DNA of 61,281 nt, filler included, from Ginglymostoma cirratum (taxonomy: Eukaryota): assembly GCA_024137785.1 (NCBI GenBank). It is 3 parts of 3 records of this genome, joined end to end, with 100 filler letters (N's around TTAATTAATTAA, not from the genome) between each part and the next. Parts side by side here need not be neighbours in the genome. Positions count along the whole stretch, not along the records: positions 50,127 to 61,281 come from JAHRHZ010000124.1; 2 more parts are not named here. The stretch is one strand, 5' to 3'. Shown piece after piece: positions 53,968 through 61,281 of the stretch (position 1 is the stretch's first letter; each line of letters begins with the position of its first letter). Below the pieces are notes generated by a model. That model made no database searches. It saw nothing but the letters and a program-made list of their open reading frames with translations, and had not been told where the DNA came from. The position numbers and the translations under genes were made by a program.

Positions 53968-54315
53968 AGGAATCCCTACAGTGTGGAAGCAGGCCATTTC
54001 GTTGTCAAGTCTACACTGACCTTCTGAAGAGCATTCCACTCAGACCCATACCCCAATCCCTGTACCCCTGCATTTCCCACCACTCATCCATCTAGCCTGC
54101 ACATCCCTGGACATTATGGACAGCTTAACATGACCATTCAATCCACCTAACGTGCAGATCTTTGAACTGTAGGAGGAAACTGGAGCACCTGGAGGAAACC
54201 CACCCTGACACCAGGAGAATGTGCAAACTCCACACAGTCACCCCAAAGAAGGAATTGAACCTGGGTCCCTGGCACTGTGAGGCGGCAGTGTTAACTGCTG
54301 AGCCACTGTGCTGCC
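53968..54315 (-). mobile_element. HE1-like SINE in RABGAP1L-like intron
   Basis: Reverse complement of the family: ...gtgaggcggcagtgttaactgctgagccactgtgctgcc. Confidence 0.8.
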
Positions 54316-54665
54316 TGGGAATGATGGATAGCGTATTGGTGCTTATTGCAAAGGAATGTTGATGTTACTTCATCTGGAAAGCTGTGTACCATTTTGATTT
54401 CATTTAAGAAAGGAATATTGAGGATTGTGGGGAAAAGACAGGAAAGTGGAGTTGAAGATTATCAGGAACAAAAACAGAGTTGCTGGAAAAGCTCAGCAGG
54501 TCTGGCAGCATCTGTGGAGGAGAAAACAGAATTAATGTTTCAGGTCCGGGGACCCTTCCTCAGATCAGACCCTTATCAGATCAGCCATAATCTCATTGAA
54601 TCATGAAATAGACTTGATTGGCTACATGGCCTATTTCAACTCCTAAATCTTAATATGTGTGTGTG

Positions 54666-55202
54666 TGTCGGAGAGCAGCTCAGAGACAGATGTGTAAGAG
54701 CGACCATTTTGGTGGCAGTAACAACTCTGAGGCGGAGGAGTTTGTTTAAGTGAATCAAGTGATTTATTATAAGCAGTTACTGGTAAATGCGGGGAGAGGA
54801 GTTCTCAGTAGACACACAGGAATTCCGAACTCACTCTGATTCATGAGCACGAGTTACAGCTTTTTATACACAGAAATAAACAATTTGTGCAGCAATCATC
54901 AGTTTATCTCCATTCCCCCTCCCTCGTGTGGTCACTCCCTAGGGCACATCATGTGCTCTCATTTTAGTTTGATAATTTAGTCAGAATTTTTGATAGTCTA
55001 GTCAGCTACCTACTTTGTCACTATTCTCTCGTCCTGTCTAATCTTGTCAACCAGCTATCTAATAGTTAGGATGCATGGTCCTGTGGTCTAACTAAAATGT
55101 CAGAGGTGTCGGCCATTTCAATATAGTCAGTAGACCACGTTGTTCCACCCGAATAAGCCTTGCTTAAGCATTTTCAGTCAACTATTTCATGTCTATTCTA
55201 CT
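54666..55202 (-). mobile_element. Probable solo LTR inserted in a (GT)n tract
   Basis: Minus strand TATAAAAA (54868-54861) upstream of AATAAA (54768-54763), ending ..CGACA; (GT)n on both flanks. Confidence 0.45.
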
Positions 55203-55433
55203 GTGTGTGTGTGGGGGTGTGTGTGTGGGTGTGTGGATGTGACAGATGGATACCAAGGGAATCTTTCCTCTTGATGGGGGGGATCCAGAAGCAGGGACAC
55301 AGTTTGCGAGAGACATTTTACTTCAGAACAACAAAGCCCCATTAATCCGTAACAATTAAGGCCTTCCCACTAAACTTATAGACAGTGCAGTCTGATAACT
55401 TGAGCCTTAATAATTGTGCACATGCATCAGTGA

Positions 55434-55562
<129 letters not shown>

Positions 55563-56290
55563 TGATCAGCCTCTGATGATCCCACTCCTGCACTTGTCCT
55601 TGTTTTGTCTTTGTACTGGGTCAGCTGTTGTATGTTGTGTGGTCACAGAGTCTTTACAGCACGGAAAGAGGTGCTTAGGCCCATTGTGTCCAAACCGACC
55701 ATCAAACACGCTCCAATCCCATTTCCAAGCACTTGGCCCACAGCCTTGTTTGCTGAGGGATTTCAAGGACTCAGCTAAATGCTTCTGAAATGTCTTCAGG
55801 GTTCCTTCCCCTACAGCCTCCTGATTGTGGAAAGTCTGTTCACAATGAGCTAAATACCCAGCAATCAGCATCTTCTATTCACAAATTGGATGTGGGTGTT
55901 GCTGCCTGGGCCAGCATTTATTGGCCATCCCCAGTTGCAGCTCACCCACTTTCTCCAGGGCAACTAGGGATGAACTCACTCTGAGCTCAAACAGTAGTTG
56001 TGGTCAATGGTGATGATGAGATCTCACCAGGCAAGGACCCACCATCCAAACATAGGAAAGATATTGCTGTTCCAAGCACCATAGTGGTTGTCCCTACACT
56101 GGATTGCAATGTTTCAAGAAGGCAGCCCACCACCACCACCTCAAGGGCAATTAGGAACGGGCAGTAAATGTTGGCCCAGCCCAGAGCACCTGTCTCCTGC
56201 TAATAAATTAAAATGTTTCAGTGGTGAGATGAAAAGATGCAAGTGTAGGGTTGTTGCTTCAGGCCTGCTCTCTCTCTGTTCAATCCCCAG

Positions 56291-56859
<569 letters not shown>

Positions 56860-57287
56860 TGCCATACACCTCGTCCTCCCCCTCTTCTCAGCCCCTGATG
56901 GTGAAGGAACAGCAGACTGAGGATTACCTCCTGAACTCAACAGCAAGTCCCTCACCACTGGCACTGTCCTCAAGCTCAAGAAATTGCCCTGCTCAGGGCC
57001 AGCTGCCCAGTTCTTTGTACATTTAAGTCCTTCCTCAATCTTGGAATCCAATCTGACCGATTGTTGGTTTGTATCTTGTCTCACAAGAAATGTTGTATTT
57101 TATAATCAGCACCTTCTTGTCGTTTTCGTTGGCAGCCATTGTTGTTCGGGAATCTCATTGGTTTAATACAGTGAGTGGGTTAATCCTACAGGCACTGGGA
57201 AGGATGAGGGGCTGTCAGAAATACTAGTGTTTGCTGATTCGTCACTTTGACCAGGCGAACTGAGAATCATCTTCACTCTCTACTGTC

Positions 57288-57435
57288 TCTCTTTCCTCTC
57301 CTTTCTTCTCTCACTGTCCTGCGTGCTCCCTCTTTCCTCTCCTTTCTTCTCTCACTGTCCTGCGTGCTCCCTCTTTCTGAGCTTCTTGCTATCAGGAACT
57401 CCTGCTCTCTTGCTCTCTCCCTCTCTCTCACTCTC

Positions 57436-57468
<33 letters not shown>
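57288..57468. repeat. Short tandem duplication plus (CT)n microsatellite in 3' UTR
   Basis: ctctttcctctcctttcttctctcactgtcctgcgtgctcc twice, then (CT)n. Confidence 0.85.
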
Positions 57469-57920
57469 GGACTGAGAGCTGCTCCTATTCATTGACCCAC
57501 AGAGATCATGATGTTTTGCTCAGGTCAGTTCCCACGATTCACTGTCGCACTCTGCTCGTCCTGTCTTACACACTAAATGTTCTGCTTGGATCTATACACA
57601 GGTCTGTCCTACATTCTTCCCTTTCAGCCTTTACAAAGCGATGTGTGTGGATGTGACAGAGGAACAGCTAAAGGACTCGTTTTGCACAATGTACAAAGAA
57701 CAAATAATCTATCTTGTTCCTTTAATTTTCGGACAGGTTCAATATTCAATGTAGTTAAAATTTGGGGAAATTTTATGTTTAACACGCAGCATTCTATTGT
57801 CCCAGGGAACAGGTTCCTGTTGTTGGTGTGTTTATCTGTAATGCCAGCTGCCCCCAGTTGCTCACCCTGGTGCAGCCATCTCTGGGGGCAGCTTATATTT
57901 GTAGCAGTTGTATTTTCAAC

Positions 57921-57926
57921 AATAAA
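57921..57926 (+). terminator. Putative polyadenylation signal of the RABGAP1L-like gene
   Basis: AATAAA followed by a GT-rich tract, about 1.06 kb after the stop. Confidence 0.6.
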
Positions 57927-58442
57927 CTAACTCTCTGTTGTTGGTCTGCCTGTGTTCTCTAATCACTCCACACCACTGGCCCTTCAGGTAGTTGTACAGG
58001 AAGATCCCAATGCTTTTCCATTCACTTCAAACTATTTGATTGGCGTCAATGTGAGCACATTCTGGCCAGAAGTGGGATCGTCAGTAAGTGACTGCACTCT
58101 GTCCTGTAAATCTCAGTTATAGACGCACCGATCACAACATCCAGGTTTAATTGGAACATGGGAATGGGGGCCAGGATATGATCATAACTTGTCCTGACAC
58201 AGCACACCCCCTCCCTTCCCCTCCTCAAATCAAATCAGAAATAACTAACTGAGTTTTACACTGAGATCAAACTCAAGGAGGGATTGCATGCTGCAAAGCT
58301 GAGATACACGCTCACAGACATTAACTGGGTAACAGTCATATCTAGACTGACAGAGACGTCTACAGACAACATTGGATGACAGTCACACTCACAGCGTCAT
58401 GTCTGCTGTGGGATCCTGACTGATCCTCTCTCTGAACTAAGA

Positions 58443-58526
58443 ACATAGAACAATACAGCGCAGAACAGGCCCTTCGGCCCTCGATGTTGCGCCGCCCTGT
58501 GAACTAATCTAAGCCCATCCCCCTAC
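58443..58526 (-). mobile_element. Very short young CR1 3' end
   Basis: Near reverse complement of 38690-38780; flanked by ACTAAGA direct repeats. Confidence 0.7.
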
Positions 58527-59445
58527 ACTAAGACCTCACTAAGTTCAGTTTTGAGCTGTCACTGTGAGGAACAGGTGAAGGTGGGAGAAATGAATGTCAG
58601 GACTGTCGCTTCCAGCATCTGTGATTGGCCAAAGTCAATTTCAGGTGTTACCCAGCAGCAGCAGAGAGTGTACAGTGCGATCCCACCAGCTGAGTCTGTA
58701 CCAACAGTGTGAAGAGTGAATACCTCAGATTGTAATGATTTGAGGCCCAGCAGTTTCAGTTTCTGTTCTGTTTGGAATCTTGTACAATCACCAGATTCCA
58801 GATCAAATGGATCTTTTGAAAATAAATGACTCTTAATCTAATCTGCGGTAGAAATGTCATTGATTGGCTCGGTGACCTGTCAATCAGCTGACAGGGGGAT
58901 GGTCAATTTCCAAAGCGCACCCAGAAACAGAGACTGAATCTTCTTCATCTTTATTCCCTTTTCCAGATTGACTTTGACAGAAAAAACACTGCAATTAACA
59001 GCCCAGACAGAGGAAGCTGCACAAATTCACAGCCACAATGGAGCTTGAGGAAAATACTTGCGAAGATTTTCTCAATAACATGAGAATCCTGTCCCTTTAA
59101 ACAGTGACAAAACCTTAAATTGGAACTGGCGGCTGAGCAGGAAGGAGATCTGGTTTACTGAAGCAGAGACTTCTGAGGTTCACATTGCATTTGTACAGCT
59201 GACAGTCATCAGCATCTTCGAGAGATTTTACTTGTTATCTCAAGTCAACACGATCCCCATCAAACACTCCCAGGACAGGGACAGGATGGGGTTAGATACA
59301 GAATAAAGCTCCCCCTACACTGTCCCAATGACCTGTCTTAACCCCTGAACCTCAGAAGTGTCTCTGAGCCAGTCCCGAGAAGGAAGAGAGTTGAAATTCT
59401 GTGCTGACAATGACTTCTGTCCTGCCAGCTCAGCCCCTGTTCTGT

Positions 59446-59759
59446 ATCTCCTGATGCTCTTGCTGAGGGGAGAGGAGAGGGTGACGTGGGTGAGGGCACA
59501 GGAGAAGCGAGCGTTGGACTCCCAGTCAGAGCCAGAGAGGGTCAGCAGGCTGCTGACACTGTAGGTGCTGTCCGAAGCTCGCAGGTAGTTGCTGGTCTGA
59601 ACCCCGTCCGAAATGACTGCACCATCCTTCTTCCACTGCACCTGCAGCTCATCGGGATAGAAGTGATTGGCAAGGCACACCAGGGTGGCAGTGCCCTTGG
59701 TCTGGTCCTGGTCAGGGGAGGGGGGCAGCAGAGTCAGCTTGGCTGAGACCTGTCACGGC
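59446..59759 (-). pseudogene. IGKC: Immunoglobulin kappa (NS4-like) light-chain constant exon, damaged
   Basis: Acceptor ctttcag| at 59760, then RDRSQP-[1 nt missing]-KLTLLPPSPDQDQTKGTATLVCLANHFYPDELQVQWKKDG...DSTYSVSSLLTLSGSDWESNARFSCALTHVTLSSPLSKSIRR. Normal phase-1 splicing hits TGA at 59736-59734, and the terminal Cys and stop are absent. Confidence 0.88.
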
Positions 59760-60379
59760 CTGAAAGACAAGAGAAGCAACTTTAATCCCTGCCATTGGAA
59801 TGGATTTCAACTCTCCAAACATTAACTGGCAAAATAATCCATTTGAACATTTGTAGGCAAAACCAAACAAACCCAACAAAAGAATGGACATTGTTTAAAT
59901 TCTTGAGATGAGCATCACTGGCAGGGCCTGAATTTATTGCCCATCCCTAATTGCCCCGAGAAGGTGATGGTGAAGCAGCAGAAAGGAAAGGGACAGTTTT
60001 GTACCATTGTTTAGGGAATGAATGTGGGCAGCAGCTGGAAGGGCTATCAATGGGGGAGCATTTCAGTGACAATGATCAGAGCTCAGCAAGCTTGACAGTA
60101 GGGATGGAAATGGAGAATCATGGAGCACGTGTCAATGTTTTCATTTGGGAATGAACAATTTTATGAAACTGTGCGGTGATTTGGTAAAAGGGGACTGGAA
60201 CCAGCGACTTGATGGGAAATCAGTGTCAGGGCAGTGGGAGGCTTCCAAGGACAAGACAGAGATCGTTCAGAATCTGTTCCCATAAAGAGTAAGAGTGGGA
60301 TTCCCAAATCCAGACTCTCAGCCCGGGATATGAAAAAGCAGCCACAGTAGGGAAGAACAGACAGGGAAAGTGATGTTCA

Positions 60380-60870
60380 ATCCTCTATACAATTCTGGTG
60401 AACAGGTTATTCTGGAACTGTGTAAAACCCCAGTTGGAGCACAGAGAGAGAACTGTGTACAGTTCTGGTCACCGTATTACAGGAAGGATGTGATCCCATT
60501 AGAAAGGGAACAGAGGAGATTTATGAGAATTTAGTCAGGAATGGGGAGTTTTAGCTATGAGGCATGTTGGATTAGCTGGGACTGATTTCTGTGGAACAGA
60601 GGGGGCTGAGGGGAGATTAGAGCGAGGTGCATAAAAGGGGCCTGGGTAGAGTGGATAGGAAGGACTGATTTCCACCAGCAGAGTGGGCAATAACCATGGG
60701 GAGAGATGGAAATGAATGGGGGGCAGGGTTTGAGGAGTAAGTTCTTCACCCAGAGGGTGAAAGGATCTGGGACTCACTGTCTGAAATCGTGGGAGAGGCA
60801 GAAACCCTCATCACATTGAAAAGACACTTGAATATTCACTTGAAACACCAAACCCTCCAGAGTAGGAGTA
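60380..60870 (+). mobile_element. CR1 LINE fragment in presumed J-C intron
   Basis: NCVQFWSPYYRKDVI and KFFTQRVK motifs. Confidence 0.7.
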
Positions 60871-60899
60871 AAGTGGGATGGAGCTCGATAGTGTCAAAC

Positions 60900-61218
60900 C
60901 CCTACAATGTGGAAGCAGGTCATTCGGCCCATTGAGTCCACACCAACCCTCTGAAGTGTATCCCACTCAGACCCACCCCCCTATCCTATCCCTGTCACCC
61001 CATGGCTAACCCACCCAGCCTGCAGAGCGCAGGACACTAGGGGTAATTTAGCCTGGCCAACACTCCAAGCTGCACCTCTTTGGACTGTGGGCAGAAACCT
61101 ATTCAGGCACAGGGAAGATGTGCATATTTCACACAGTCGGTCACCTGAGAGTGGATTCGAACCCAGATCCCTATGTGCTGTGAGGCAGCAGGGCTAACCA
61201 TTGAGCCACTGTGCTGCC
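60900..61218 (-). mobile_element. HE1-like SINE
   Basis: Reverse complement of the family: ...tgtgaggcagcagggctaaccattgagccactgtgctgcc. Confidence 0.8.
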
Positions 61219-61281
61219 AGCACAGTATCTCTTTAACAAACCTCTGATCAATCACAGATCGAGAGAACTTTATCTGAGAGC

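Overview
This is eukaryotic genomic DNA from a cartilaginous fish, probably a carpet shark such as nurse shark. The evidence is HE1-like SINEs, CR1 and Penelope repeats, GPR139-like remnants and a kappa C exon that I recall as NS4-like; this is recognition, not a database search. The window is not one locus: two identical artificial spacers (N44-TTAATTAATTAA-N44, at 23072-23171 and 50027-50126) join three pieces. Piece 1 (1-23071) is part of a T-cell receptor alpha/delta-type V array. It holds one apparently intact V (leader, V exon, 23-RSS; minus strand), a convergent frameshifted V pseudogene, further degraded V relics, a GPR139-like GPCR pseudogene, two decayed Penelope elements and internal segmental duplications. 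Piece 2 (23325-50026) is repeat-rich and contains an intronless MYLK(5)-like CaM-binding/telokin-domain retrocopy. Piece 3 (50127-61281) holds the last six coding exons of a RABGAP1L-like gene, tail-to-tail with a damaged Ig kappa constant exon. Short Penelope-terminal-repeat-like insertions with hammerhead-ribozyme core motifs and target-site duplications recur throughout. I do not see clear evidence of a wholly new biological system. The best leads are the Ig-kappa/RABGAP1L linkage, the aberrant C-kappa exon, the hammerhead-bearing short elements and the inverted V pair.
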